A stretch of 63,999 nt of DNA, filler included, from Vicugna vicugna (GCA_013265495.1; 73 parts of 71 records of this genome joined end to end with filler, not necessarily neighbours in it), one strand, 5' to 3'; positions 49,375 to 62,760 are shown, counted from the whole stretch's first letter. A program made the numbers and translations. Notes: generated by a model not told the origin, from the sequence alone.

Positions 49375-50115
49375 CTATCACCAGTTTCAAGAATCACAAT
49401 TTGACCCCAGAAAAAACTTGTTGGAATGAATTCTTCCCTAGTGATATGAAATTTGAATAGATTCCATCAACATGGCATTCCGGTTTCTGTACATATTTCA
49501 TGCATGACGGATTCGACAAACATGGATTTCTGAGTTGTGAACATGCGCATGACTGATGTTTCAGCCACCAAACAAGTTTTTNNNNNNNNNNNNNNNNNNN
49601 NNNNNNNNNNNNNNNNNNNNNNNNNNNNNNNNNNNNNNNNNNNNNNNNNNNNNNNNNNNNNNNNNNNNNNNNNNNNNNNNNNNNNNNNNNNNNNNNNNNN
49701 NNNNNNNNNNNNNNNNNNNNNNNNNNNNNNNNNNNNNNNNNNNNNNNNNNNNNNNNNNNNNNNNNNNNNNNNNNNNNNNNNNNNNNNNNNNNNNNNNNNN
49801 NNNNNNNNNNNNNNNNNNNNNNNNNNNNNNNNNNNNNNNNNNNNNNNNNNNNNNNNNNNNNNNNNNNNNNNNNNNNNNNNNNNNNNNNNNNNNNNNNNNN
49901 NNNNNNNNNNNNNNNNNNNNNNNNNNNNNNNNNNNNNNNNNNNNNNNNNNNNNNNNNNNNNNNNNNNNNNNNNNCATTCCGGGTTCTGTACATGCTGTGC
50001 TGTAGACGGATTCAGCAAACATGCATTTCTGACTTGAGAGCATGAGGATTAGTGATCTTTCATCCACCAAGAAGGCATATAAACACTTATTAATATTTAC
50101 TCTGACATCATAGTT
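49375..50115 (-). repeat. SatB satellite
   Basis: SatB motifs. Confidence 0.9.
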
Positions 50116-50216
50116 TNNNNNNNNNNNNNNNNNNNNNNNNNNNNNNNNNNNNNNNNNNNNTTAATTAATTAANNNNNNNNNNNNNNNNNNNNNNNNNNNN
50201 NNNNNNNNNNNNNNNN

Positions 50217-50700
50217 TAAATTTTGAACTCCCAGTTTATCCCTTTCCACCCTTTTCCCTTTCTGGTAACCAAAAATTTGTTTTCTATGTGAGTCTGTTTC
50301 TGTTTTGTAAATAAGTTCATTTGTCCTCTTTTTTGAGATTCCACGTACAAGTGAACAGTATGGAGATTCCTCAAAAGACTAAAAATAAACTTACCATATG
50401 ATTCAGCAATCCCACTCCTGGACATATATCCAGAGGGAACTCTAATTTGAAAAGACACATGCACCCCAATGTTCACAGCAGCACTATTTACAATAGTCAA
50501 GCCACAACCTAAATGTCCATAGACAGATGATGGATGAAGAAGTTTTGGTATATTTATACAATGGAATCTGAAAATATGTGTGTATGTATATATACATATA
50601 TTAAGTGTGTGTGTGTGTGTGTGTGTATCACTGAATCACTTTACTGTAGACCTGAAACTAACATTGTAAATTAACTACACTTCAATTAAAAAAAATAAAG
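50217..50700. mobile_element. Rearranged L1 3' end (inverted 3' UTR piece + ORF2 C-terminus + poly-A end)
   Basis: Minus-strand 3' UTR to ~50354, plus-strand ORF2 tail ~50354-50567, then a terminal segment with an A-rich tail. Confidence 0.8.
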
Positions 50701-50900
50701 TTGAATAAGTAAAGCAGGTCTGGTTTTTGCAGCTCTTCTTACTCTTAATATACTAAGGCAACCCAGAATAAGAAAATTTTTATAGTAATATGTGTGCTTC
50801 NNNNNNNNNNNNNNNNNNNNNNNNNNNNNNNNNNNNNNNNNNNNTTAATTAATTAANNNNNNNNNNNNNNNNNNNNNNNNNNNNNNNNNNNNNNNNNNNN

Positions 50901-51768
50901 CTGTATTCAGTATTCTATGTTCTATATTCTAAATTCTGTGTGCTGAATTCCATGTTCTAATTACTGTGTTCTATATTCTCTATTCTTTATTCTGTGTTCT
51001 TAATTCTAAACTATAAATTATATATTCAGTATTCTGTATTCTATATTCTAAATTCTGTGTTCTGCATTCCATGTTCTAAATTCTGGGTCCTATAGTCTCT
51101 ATTCAATATTCTATATTCTGTGTTCAAAATTCTATATTCTAAATTCTCTATTCAGTATTCTGTATTGTACATTCTAAATTCTGTGTTCTGCATTCTATGT
51201 TCTAAATTCTATATTCATTATTCTGTATTCTATATTCTAAATTCTGTGTTCTGCATTCTATCTTCAAAATTCTATATTCATAATTCTGTATTCTGTATTC
51301 TATATTCTGTTCAGCATTCCATGTTCTAAATTCTGGGTTCTATATTCTCTATTCTATATTCTATATTGTGTTTTCTTCATTTTATACTGTACATGCTATA
51401 TTTTGCATTCCGTATTCTAGATCCTATATTCTGAGTTATAATTCTATATTCTTAACTCTATATTCAGTATTCTGTTTTCTATATTCTAAATTCTGTGTTC
51501 TGCATTCTATGTTCAAAATTCTATATTTAGTATTCTGAATTATATATTCTAAATTCTGTGTTTGCATTCCATATTCTAAATTCTGGATTCTATAATTTCT
51601 ATTCTATATTCTATATTCTGTGTTCTATATTCTATATTCTAAATTCTATATTCAATATTTGTATTCTATATTCAAATTCTGTGTTCTGCATTCTATATTC
51701 TAAATTCAATATTAGCATTCTATATTCTAAATTCAATATTCATAATTCTGTATTCTATATTCTAAATT
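50901..51768 (+). repeat. SatE heptamer satellite
   Basis: 7-bp periodicity with 63-bp and ~250-bp higher-order spacing. Confidence 0.93.
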
Positions 51769-51868
51769 NNNNNNNNNNNNNNNNNNNNNNNNNNNNNNNN
51801 NNNNNNNNNNNNTTAATTAATTAANNNNNNNNNNNNNNNNNNNNNNNNNNNNNNNNNNNNNNNNNNNN

Positions 51869-52547
51869 AGAATACTGAATATAGAATTTGGAATATTGAA
51901 TGCAGAACACAGACTTTAGGATATAGAATGCAGAACACTGTATATAGAATATAGAATATAGAATGAAAACACAGAATATAGAATATAGACAAAATGGAGA
52001 ATATAGAATATAGAATATAGAATGAAGTACACAAAATATAGAATATAGAAGAGAGAATATAGGACCAAGAATTTAGAAATGGAATGCAGAACAGAGAATT
52101 TAGAATATAGAATACAGAATACTGAAAAAAGATTTAAATGTATAGAATGTAGTACAAAGAATATAGAATATAGAATAGGGAATGCAGAATATAGTATGTA
52201 GAATATAGAATGAAGAACACAAATATAGAATAGAGAATAGAGAATATAGAACCCAGAAATTAGAACACGGAATGCAGAACACAGAATTTAGAATATAGAA
52301 TACAGAATACTGAATTTCAAATTTAGAATATAGAATGTAGAACACAGAATATGGAATGAAGTATACGAAATGCAGAATATTGAATACAGAATATAGAATG
52401 TAGAACACAGTATATAGAATGTAGTCTAGAGAATATAGAATCCAGAATTTAGAACATGGAATGCAGAACACAGAATTTAGAATAACAGAATTTAGCGAAT
52501 AGAGATTACTGAATATAGAATTAAGAATATAGAAAGAAGAACACAGA
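51869..52547 (-). repeat. SatE heptamer satellite (A-rich strand)
   Basis: GGAATGCAGAAC landmark at 188-189-bp spacing. Confidence 0.93.
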
Positions 52548-52647
52548 NNNNNNNNNNNNNNNNNNNNNNNNNNNNNNNNNNNNNNNNNNNNTTAATTAAT
52601 TAANNNNNNNNNNNNNNNNNNNNNNNNNNNNNNNNNNNNNNNNNNNN

Positions 52648-53102
52648 CATGTAGTGGAAACTACAGATATGGCAGGCCAACTGTACAGCCAAGAGAATGA
52701 AAATATATTCTCATAAAAAATTCACATCAATATTCATAGCAGTATCATTCAGAGTAGCCAAAAGTTACTAACAATATCCATCCATCAATGAACGGATAAA
52801 CAAAATTACCAAGAATAGGCCCACAAACTTTTGTTCATTGAATATTTGACAAAGGAGGTGAGACCATACAATGGAGTAAAGGCAGCCTCTTCAGCAAATG
52901 GTGTAGGGAAAACTGAACAGCTGCATGTAAATCATTGAAGTTAGACTACTCCCTCACAGCATACACAAATATGAATTCAAAATGTGTTAAAGACTTAACC
53001 ATGCAGACAAGACACTATAAACCTCTTAGAAGCAACCATAGGCAAAACATCTGAATATAAACAATGTTCTCCAAGAGCAGTCTACTCAAGCAATAGAAAA
53101 AC
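52648..53102 (+). mobile_element. L1 fragments (old 3' piece followed by a younger ORF2 piece)
   Basis: ATTTGACAAAGGAGG...ATACAATGGAGTAAAGGCAGCCTCTTCAGCAAATGGTG. Confidence 0.85.
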
Positions 53103-53202
53103 NNNNNNNNNNNNNNNNNNNNNNNNNNNNNNNNNNNNNNNNNNNNTTAATTAATTAANNNNNNNNNNNNNNNNNNNNNNNNNNNNNNNNNNNNNNNNNN
53201 NN

Positions 53203-53849
53203 CGGCTTTCACACAAACTTATCTCTCAGAACTGAGCATGTAGAGAGTCGTTCGTTCAACCAGCACAAAGGGAACGGGTTGCAGGTGTAACCCTTACTCT
53301 GGATTCTCAGGCTGTTTCCAAGTGCCGGTTTGAAGAGACTGCCCTTTTAACTGTAAAACCGAGTTGGAGCTTGTACCTCCCCATATATATGTATGGAGTG
53401 GAGTTTGCAACTGAAAAGAAACTTTGTGTTCCCTTCAAGCTAGGTGAAGGACGGCTTTCACACACACTTATNNNNNNNNNNNNNNNNNNNNNNNNNNNNN
53501 NNNNNNNNNNNNNNNNNNNNNNNNNNNNNNNNNNNNNNNNNNNNNNNNNNNNNNNNNNNNNNNNNNNNNNNNNNNNNNNNNNNNNNNNNNNNNNNNNNNN
53601 NNNNNNNNAAACCGAGTTGGAGCTTGTAACTCCCCATATATTTGTATGGATTGGAGTTTGCAACTGAAAAGGAACTTTGTGTTTCCTTCAAGCTAGGGGA
53701 AGGACGGCTTTCACACACACATATCTCTCAGAACTGGGCATGTGGAGAGTCGTTCCTTCATCCAGCACAAAGGGAACGGGTTGTAGTAGAAACCCTTACA
53801 CTGGTTCTCAGTCTGTTTCCTAGTGCCTGTTTAAAGTGCCTGCCGTTTT
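53203..53849 (-). repeat. SatA satellite
   Basis: SatA motifs. Confidence 0.93.
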
Positions 53850-53949
53850 NNNNNNNNNNNNNNNNNNNNNNNNNNNNNNNNNNNNNNNNNNNNTTAATTA
53901 ATTAANNNNNNNNNNNNNNNNNNNNNNNNNNNNNNNNNNNNNNNNNNNN

Positions 53950-55814
53950 TAAACACCTGCCCCCCATAAAAATGCGTGGTCTCCCTTTCCCCACATCCAG
54001 CAAACCGACGAAGAACAGTTCTGTTATACTGAGTGTGGGTAGGCACATCCAAATGACAGCAGCACCTGGAACCTTATAATATCACTTGGCTTGCTTTCCC
54101 TGAGTGTTTCCTTTGGCCAGGCTGTGAGCGAAGGTGGGTGTTGGGCACTAAAGTCTAGTAATATCGAGTCCCTGTCTATGGGCATTGGAGGTGTTTAAAA
54201 TACATCCCCAAACTTGGAAAAAAGCAGGGCCTCTAATAAAATCGCTCAACTTGTCTTCCCTATTTGCTTGCCTGATACGGATTGCGGGGGAAAGTGGGGG
54301 TTGGGCTCTAAATCCAAGTATTAGCGAGTGCTTCTTCATGGGATGGGANNNNNNNNNNNNNNNNNNNNNNNNNNNNNNNNNNNNNNNNNNNNNNNNNNNN
54401 NNNNNNNNNNNNNNNNNNNNNNNNNNNNNNNNNNNNNNNNNNNNNNNNNNNNNNNNNNNNNNNNNNNNNNNNNNNNNNNNNNNNNNNNNNNNNNNNNNNN
54501 NNNNNNNNNNNNNNNNNNNNNNNNNNNNNNNNNNNNNNNNNNNNNNNNTTAGGTTGACTGTGTGATTTTCAAGGACCGGCTGGGAGCGAAGGTGGGGGAT
54601 GGGCTCTAAACCCTGGTAATAACGAGTGCCTCTCTATGGGCAGTGGAGGGGTTTAAAGTACATTCCCTTCCCTGTGTTCAAGGACCGGCTGGGAGCGAAG
54701 GTGGGGGATGGGCTCTAAACCCTGGTAATAACGAGTGCCTCTCTATGGGCAGTGGAGGGGTTTAAAGTACATTCCCTCCCTGGGAAGGGAANNNNNNNNN
54801 NNNNNNNNNNNNNNNNNNNNNNNNNNNNNNNNNNNNNNNNNNNNNNNNNNNNNNNNNNNNNNNNNNNNNNNNNNNNNNNNNNNNNNNNNNNNNNNNNNNN
54901 NNNNNNNNNNNNNNNNNNNNNNNNNNNNNNNNNNNNNNNNNNNNNNNNNNNNNNNNNNNNNNNNNNNNNNNNNNNNNNNNNNNNNNNNNNNNNNNNNNNN
55001 NNNNNNNNNNNNNNNNNNNNNNNNNNNNNNNNNNNNNNNNNNNNNNNNNNNNNNNNNNNNNNNNNNNNNNNNNNNNNNNNNNNNNNNNNNNNNNNNNNNN
55101 NNNNNNNNNNNNNNNNNNNNNNNNNNNNNNNNNNNNNNNNNNNNNNNNNNNNNNNNNNNNNNNNNNNNNNNNNNNNNNNNNNNNNNNNNNNNNNNNNNNN
55201 NNNNNNNNNNNNNNNNNNNNNNNNNNNNNNNNNNNNNNNNNNNNNNNNNNNNNNNNNNNNNNNNNNNNNNNNNNNNNNNNNNNNNNNNNNNNNNNNNNNN
55301 NNNNNNNNNNNNNNNNNNNNNNNNNNNNNNNNNNNNNNNNNNNNNNNNNNNNNNNNNNNNNNNNNNNNNNNNNNNNNNNNNNNNNNNNNNNNNNNNNNNN
55401 NNNNNNNNNNNNNNNNNNNNNNNNNNNNNNNNNNNNNNNNNNNNNNNNNNNNNNNNNNNNNNNNNNNNNNNNNNNNNNNNNNNNNNNNNNNNNNNNNNNN
55501 NNNNNNNNNNNNNNNNNNNNNNNNNNNNNNNNNNNNNNNNNNNTTGCCATGGCCGGTGAGCGGGGGAAAGTTGGGATTGGGCTCTAAACCAAGTATTAGC
55601 GAGAGCCTATCCATGGGATGTGGGTGTTTAAACTACAAACCACCACCATGAAATAACTGAGCCCCCTGAAAGATGCTTTGACTCTGTTTCCCTACATCCA
55701 GCACACACACGAAGAAGTGTTCTGGTGTTCTGAGAGTGGAGAGGTTCCTCCAACTGAGAGCAGCACATGCGTTCGAAGAGAATCCCTTAGCTTGACTTCC
55801 CTAAGTGTTTTCCT
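53950..55814 (-). repeat. SatD satellite
   Basis: GGGCTCTAAACC...TATTAGCGAG motifs; internal 109-bp duplication. Confidence 0.88.
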
Positions 55815-55915
55815 ANNNNNNNNNNNNNNNNNNNNNNNNNNNNNNNNNNNNNNNNNNNNTTAATTAATTAANNNNNNNNNNNNNNNNNNNNNNNNNNNNN
55901 NNNNNNNNNNNNNNN

Positions 55916-57065
55916 TCCCTGTTCAGGGAAGTCCGGGAAATAACTTCCCTGACCTTGGGAACGCAGCCTCCATCACTGGGATAGCCTGCAATCACCCCTA
56001 GCATTCCCTGGCACAGAGACATTAGGAAAACACTCAGGGGAGACGAGCTTAGGCATTCCGTTAGAACCCACGCGCTGCCGACCGTTGGTGGAACCTCCCC
56101 ACNNNNNNNNNNNNNNNNNNNNNNNNNNNNNNNNNNNNNNNNNNNNNNNNNNNNNNNNNNNNNNNNNNNNNNNNNNNNNNNNNNNNNNNNNNNNNNNNNN
56201 NNNNNNNNNNNNNNNNNNNNNNNNNNNNNNNNNNNNNNNNNNNNNNNNNNNNNNNNNNNNNNNNNNNNNNNNNNNNNNNNNNCACAGAGACAAAAACCCT
56301 CAGGGGAGACGAGCTTAGGCATTCCGTTAGAACCCACGCGCTGCCGACCGTTGGTGGAACCTCCCCACGCTCAGGATTCCGGAAAAATTGTCAGAGCGTG
56401 GGGGAGGTCGAGAGACAAATCCACGCAGATTTCTTCAGTCACAGGTGTTCCCTGATCGGGGAAGTCTGGGGAATAGCTTCCCTGATCTTGCGGAGGCAGT
56501 CTCGGACAATGGGATATCCTGCAATCACCCCTAGCATTCCCTGGAACAGAGACATTAGGAAAACCCTCAGGGGAGACGAGCTTAGGCATTCCGTTAGAAC
56601 CCAAGCGCTGCCGACCGTTGGTGGAACCTCCTCACGCTCAGGATTCCGGAACCATTGTCAGAGNNNNNNNNNNNNNNNNNNNNNNNNNNNNNNNNNNNNN
56701 NNNNNNNNNNNNNNNNNNNNNNNNNNNNNNNNNNNNNNNNNNNNNNNNNNNNNNNNNNNNNNNNNNNNNNNNNNNNNNNNNNNNNNNNNNNNNNNNNNNN
56801 NNNNNNNNNNNNNNNNNNNNNNNNNNNNNNNNNNNNNNNNNNNNNNNNNNNNNNNNNNNNNNNNNNNNNNNNNNNNNNNNNNNNNNNNNNNNNNNNNNNN
56901 NNNNNNNNNNNNNNNNNNNNNNNNNNNNNNNNNNNNNNNNNNNNNNNNNNNNNNNNNNNNNNNNNNNGGAAGTCCTGGAAATACCTTCCCTGACCTTGGT
57001 GAGGCAGCCTCGGTCACTACAATATCCTGCAATCACCCCTAGCATTCCCTGGCAGAGAGACATTA
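55916..57065 (+). repeat. SatC satellite
   Basis: SatC motifs. Confidence 0.94.
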
Positions 57066-57187
57066 NNNNNNNNNNNNNNNNNNNNNNNNNNNNNNNNNNN
57101 NNNNNNNNNTTAATTAATTAANNNNNNNNNNNNNNNNNNNNNNNNNNNNNNNNNNNNNNNNNNNNAGTTGAGATACAAAGCTTTCTC

Positions 57188-57307
57188 TCAGAGTTTTTCC
57201 ACATTATTGACATCTGAGGCTAGTTTCCTATTGTGGGAGCTGCCGTGTGCAGTGTGGGATGCACGGCCACATTGAAGGACTCTGCCAACTAGGTAACTGG
57301 GTGCCTG
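57188..57307. mobile_element. MER20-like hAT DNA transposon fragment
   Basis: TATTGACAT...TTGTGGGAGCTGCCGTGTGCAGTGTGGGATG...CTCTGCCAACTAG resembles MER20. Confidence 0.6.
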
Positions 57308-58224
57308 NNNNNNNNNNNNNNNNNNNNNNNNNNNNNNNNNNNNNNNNNNNNNNNNNNNNNNNNNNNNNNNNNNNNNNNNNNNNNNNNNNNNNNNNNNNNN
57401 NNNNNNNNNNNNNNNNNNNNNNNNNNNNNNNNNAGACTCCTCGCAGAACTTTCATTTGTGTCATTAAGTATCTGTAAACCTGACAACTAAAAGTGTGGGT
57501 AGTGACTAAATTTCAAATGAAAGTCCCATGAAGAAATGTTTCTTCTGTGTCTGGTCTGGNNNNNNNNNNNNNNNNNNNNNNNNNNNNNNNNNNNNNNNNN
57601 NNNNNNNNNNNNNNNNNNNNNNNNNNNNNNNNNNNNNNNNNNNNNNNNNNNNNNNNNNNNNNNNNNNNNNNNNNNNNNNNNNNNNNNNNNNNNNNNNNNN
57701 NNNNNNNNNNNNNNNNNNNNNTCTAGTTTCCACCCTGGGTGCCCCCGGGTGGCCTGAGCCCTCCCTGCAGGGGTGGTTGTGTCTGGGTCACCTGACTTCC
57801 CCTCCCTCACTCTGCCTCCTGGGACAATGACACATGGCTGTGCTGTGTCNNNNNNNNNNNNNNNNNNNNNNNNNNNNNNNNNNNNNNNNNNNNTTAATTA
57901 ATTAANNNNNNNNNNNNNNNNNNNNNNNNNNNNNNNNNNNNNNNNNNNNCCTCTACACTCTTTCATCATCCTTTTCTTCACAGTTAAGGCTTCAATCTTG
58001 TGAAAGGAATAACTTTCTGTGTGTGTATGATTAAATGTGAAAATTAGTTAAGGCTGAGAAAAATGTATTATAGAAGGTATACTAAGCCTTCCTCTCTTGT
58101 ACAGCACATATAGGCCATTTAAATAGTATGCATTTTTTAAAAGTCTGCATAATAATTTTTTAATTATGTAGTAAGAAATCATAATAGTTAAGATTCCTTA
58201 AATGCTTTCTATTGCTTCAGCACA

Positions 58225-58345
58225 CATCTATTTTTCTAAATCCTCACAATCACCCTGTGGGGAAGGTAATATTATATCTCTTTTACACATGAGGAAATAG
58301 AGCCACCACGTGGAGATGATGCAATTTGCCCCAATGAAGCAACTA
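58225..58345 (-). mobile_element. MIR SINE fragment
   Basis: AATCCTCACAATCACCCTGTG...TTTTACACATGAGGAAATAGAG is the MIR core. Confidence 0.7.
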
Positions 58346-58576
58346 TTAAGTGAAAGTACTGAAATACTCAAAGAGACCAAAGACACACTAACTGCAGAGC
58401 ACTGTCTCCTACATGGTCTGTGAAATCAATTTTAATTCATATCAGAATATTTGCAAACTTGACACATTTCCATTTTNNNNNNNNNNNNNNNNNNNNNNNN
58501 NNNNNNNNNNNNNNNNNNNNTTAATTAATTAANNNNNNNNNNNNNNNNNNNNNNNNNNNNNNNNNNNNNNNNNNNN

Positions 58577-58879
58577 CCGGAATTCTGAGCGTGGGGAGGT
58601 TCCACCAAAGTTCGGCAGCGCTTGGATTCTATTGGAATGCATAAGCTCGTCTCCCCTGCGGGTTTTCCTAATGTCTCTGTGCCAGAGAATGCTAGGGGGT
58701 TTGCAGGATATCCCAGTGACTGAGGCAGCCTCCCAAGTACAGGTAAGTTATTTCTCGTACTTCCCCGAACAGGGAACACCTGTGACTGAAGAGAGCTGCG
58801 TGGAGTTGTCTCTCGGGCTCCCCCAAGCACTGACAATGATTCCGGAATCCTGAGCGTGGGGAGGATCCACCAACGTTCG
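58577..58879 (-). repeat. SatC satellite
   Basis: SatC motifs. Confidence 0.92.
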
Positions 58880-58979
58880 NNNNNNNNNNNNNNNNNNNNN
58901 NNNNNNNNNNNNNNNNNNNNNNNTTAATTAATTAANNNNNNNNNNNNNNNNNNNNNNNNNNNNNNNNNNNNNNNNNNNN

Positions 58980-59684
58980 TTCTAAATTCTGGATTCTATA
59001 TTCTCTATTCTATATTCTATATTCCGTGTTCTACATTGTGTATTCTAAATTTTATATTAAGTATTCTGTGTTCTATATTCTAAATTCTGTGTTCTGAATT
59101 CCGTGTTCTAATTTCTGGGTTCTATATTCACTATTCTATATTCTATATTTGTGTTCTTCATTCTGTATTCTACGTACTATGTTCTGCATTCCCTATTCCA
59201 TATTCTATATTCTGTGTACTACATTCTATTTTCTAAAATCTTTATTCAGTATACTGTATTCTATATTCTAAATTCTCTTTTCTGCATTCCATTTCTAAAT
59301 TTTGGATTCTTTATTCTCTTTACTATATTCTATATATCGTGTTCTTCATTCTATATTCTACCTTCTTTATTCTCCATTCCGTATTGTATATTCTATATTC
59401 TGTTTTATTCATTCTATATTCTAAATTCTATATACAGTATTGTGCATTCCATATTCTTAATTCTGTGTTCTGCATTCCATGTTCTAAATTTTGTGTTCTA
59501 TATTCTCTATTCTATATTCTATATTCTGTGTTCTAAATTGTATATTTATATTCTATATTCAGTATATATTCGGTACATTCTAAATTCTGTGTTCTATATT
59601 GAATATTCATATTCTATATTCAGTATTCGGTATTCTATTATTTAAAGTCTGTGTACTGCATTCCATTTTCTAAACTTTGTGTTC
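58980..59684 (+). repeat. SatE heptamer satellite
   Basis: TTCnnnn periodicity. Confidence 0.92.
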
Positions 59685-59784
59685 NNNNNNNNNNNNNNNN
59701 NNNNNNNNNNNNNNNNNNNNNNNNNNNNTTAATTAATTAANNNNNNNNNNNNNNNNNNNNNNNNNNNNNNNNNNNNNNNNNNNN

Positions 59785-60573
59785 CTCCACACTGTTTTCC
59801 ATAGTGGCTGCACCAAAATGCATTCCCACTAGCAGTGTAGGAGGGAGGGTTCCCTTTTCTCTGCAGGTTCTCCAGCATTTGTCATTTGTGGACCTTTGAA
59901 TGACGGCCATTCTGACTGGTGTGAGGTGATACCTCATTGTAGTTTTGAGCTGCATTTCTCTAATAATTAGTGATACTGAACATTTTTTTCATGTGCTTTT
60001 TGATCATTTGTATGTCTTCCTTGGAGAATTGCTTGTTTAGTTCTTCTGCCCATTTTTCGATTGGGTTGTTTATTGTTTTCTTACTGAGTTGTATGAGCTG
60101 CTTATATATTCTGGAGATCAAGCCTTTGTCGGTTTCACTTGCAAAAATTTTCTCCCATTCCGTAGGTTTTCTTCTTGTTTTACTTCTGGTTTCCTTTGCT
60201 GTGCAGAAGCTTGTAAGTTTCATTAGGTCCCATNNNNNNNNNNNNNNNNNNNNNNNNNNNNNNNNNNNNNNNNNNNNNNNNNNNNNNNNNNNNNNNNNNN
60301 NNNNNNNNNNNNNNNNNNNNNNNNNNNNNNNNNNNNNNNNNNNNNNNNNNNNNNNNNNNNNNNNNNNNNNNNNNNNNNNNNNNNNNNNNNNNNNNNNNNN
60401 NNNNNNNNNNNNNNCTGCTGTCCACCCAACACCATTTGCTGAAGAGAGTGTGTTTGTTCCATTGTATACTCTTGCCTCCTTTGTCAAAGATGAATTGACC
60501 AAAAGTTTGTGGGCTCATTTCTGGGCTGTCTATTCTGTTCCATTGGTCTATATGTCCATTTTGGTACCAATAC
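59785..60573 (-). mobile_element. Young L1 ORF2 3' fragment
   Basis: [15 protein letters not shown]...[24 protein letters not shown] and [13 protein letters not shown]. Confidence 0.95.
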
Positions 60574-60789
60574 NNNNNNNNNNNNNNNNNNNNNNNNNNN
60601 NNNNNNNNNNNNNNNNNTTAATTAATTAANNNNNNNNNNNNNNNNNNNNNNNNNNNNNNNNNNNNNNNNNNNNAGTTTCATAAGTATTGTTTTATGCAGT
60701 TGTCATTTACATCAAATAAAACAAAATATTTACATGTAATATTCGATTTATACTGTTTTATTTTTTAACTCATGTACTAGTGCTCTTTA

Positions 60790-61381
60790 TTTTTCAGGCG
60801 AGTGTCCTTTCATTTACACCTGCTGGACTATCCTTAGTATTTCTTGTAGGGCAGGCCTGCTAGCAATGTATTCTTTCAGATTTTGTTTTTGTAGGAGTGT
60901 CTTAATTTCTCTTTTAATTTTTCTTATAGAATCATTTTGCTGGCTATAAAATACTTGGTGACAGTCTTTTCCTTTTATCTCTTTGACGATACCATCCACT
61001 GCCTTCTGGTCTCCATGGTTTTTGATGAGAAATCAACTGTCTTACTGAGGAGCCTTTCTATATGTTGAACCACTTTTCTCTTTCAGCTGTCAAGATACTT
61101 TATTCTTGTCTTTTGACACACTGAGTCTGATGTGCCTATTTTAGATGTCTCTAAGTTTATACCACGTGGAGTTTGTTGAGCTGCTGGGATGTACAAATTA
61201 ATGTTTTCATCAAATTTGGGAAGTTTTCAGCCATTATTTCTTTATATATTCTTTCTGCCCCTTTTTTTCTCTCCCTCCTTCTGGCGCTCCCATTATGTGT
61301 GTATTGGTATTGTTGATTGTGTCCCACCTAACTCTGACACTGTGTTCCTTTTTTTTTTTCATTCCTTTTTCTTTCTGTTCC
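60790..61381 (-). mobile_element. Old L1 ORF1 fragment
   Basis: EIKTLLQKQNLKEYIASRPALQEILR matches the L1 ORF1p C-terminus. Confidence 0.8.
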
Positions 61382-61481
61382 NNNNNNNNNNNNNNNNNNN
61401 NNNNNNNNNNNNNNNNNNNNNNNNNTTAATTAATTAANNNNNNNNNNNNNNNNNNNNNNNNNNNNNNNNNNNNNNNNNNNN

Positions 61482-62760
61482 TCTGTAGACATACTTTGTA
61501 GTATGTATATTTTAACAATATTAATTCCTCTTAACTAAGACATTGAGATTTCTTTCCATTTATTTGCATCATCTTCAAATTTCTTTATCAGTGTTCTAAT
61601 CATTTTATTATGTTGGTTTTTTCATAGGTTTTTCATTTTTTGGTCTGATTCATATAGATCTTTTAAAATAATGGAATATTGNNNNNNNNNNNNNNNNNNN
61701 NNNNNNNNNNNNNNNNNNNNNNNNNNNNNNNNNNNNNNNNNNNNNNNNNNNNNNNNNNNNNNNNNNNNNNNNNNNNNNNNNNNNNNNNNNNNNNNNNNNN
61801 NNNNNNNNNNNNNNNNNNNNNNNNNNNNNNNNNNNNNNNNNNNNNNNNNNNNNNNNNNNNNNNNNNNNNNNNNNNNNNNNNNNNNNNNNNNNNNNNNNNN
61901 NNNNNNNNNNNNNNNNNNNNNNNNNNNNNNNNNNNNNNNNNNNNNNNNNNNNNNNNNNNNNNNNNNNNNNNNNNNNNNNNNNNNNNNNNNNNNNNNNNNN
62001 NNNNNNNNNNNNNNNNNNNNNNNNNNNNNNNNNNNNNNNNNNNNNNNNNNNNNNNNNNNNNNNNNNNNNNNNNNNNNNNNNNNNNNNNNNNNNNNNNNNN
62101 NNNNNNNNNNNNNNNNNNNNNNNNNNNNNNNNNNNNNNNNNNNNNNNNNNNNNNNNNNNNNNNNNNNNNNNNNNNNNNNNNNNNNNNNNNNNNNNNNNNN
62201 NNNNNNNNNNNNNNNNNNNNNNNNNNNNNNNNNNNNNNNNNNNNNNNNNNNNNNNNNNNNNNNNNNNNNNNNNNNNNNNNNNNNNNNNNNNNNNNNNNNN
62301 NNNNNNNNNNNNNNNNNNNNNNNNNNNNNNNNNNNNNNNNNNNNNNNNNNNNNNNNNNNNNNNNNNNNNNNNNNNNNNNNNNNNNNNNNNNNNNNNNNNN
62401 NNNNNNNNNNNNNNNNNNNNNNNNNNNNNNNNNNNNNNNNNNNNNNNNNNNNNNNNNNNNNNNNNNNNNNNNNNNNNNNNNNNNNNNNNNNNNNNNNNNN
62501 NNNNNNNNNNNCTCCACAGGAGCTGTTGAAATCTACACTTCTATTCAAAAATTTTTTAAAATGCAGATTCTATCTTTCTTCTAGTAAACAGTTTGGTCAA
62601 ATTATTTGTTTCTCCTTAACTCTGTCTCTTTCTAGACATATGTCTATTTCTTCTAAGTTGTCCAGTTTATTGGCATGTAAGTTCTGACCAAATAAACACT
62701 TTTTTGTATATCTGGGGTAACAATTGTTATTTCTCTTCTTTTATTTCTTAATTTATTTCT
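61482..62760 (-). mobile_element. Old L1 ORF2 fragments (either side of a gap)
   Basis: TTTCCATTTATTTG...TTCTTTATCAGTGTT and TCTATTTCTTCTAAGTTGTCCAGTTTATTGGCAT. Confidence 0.7.
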
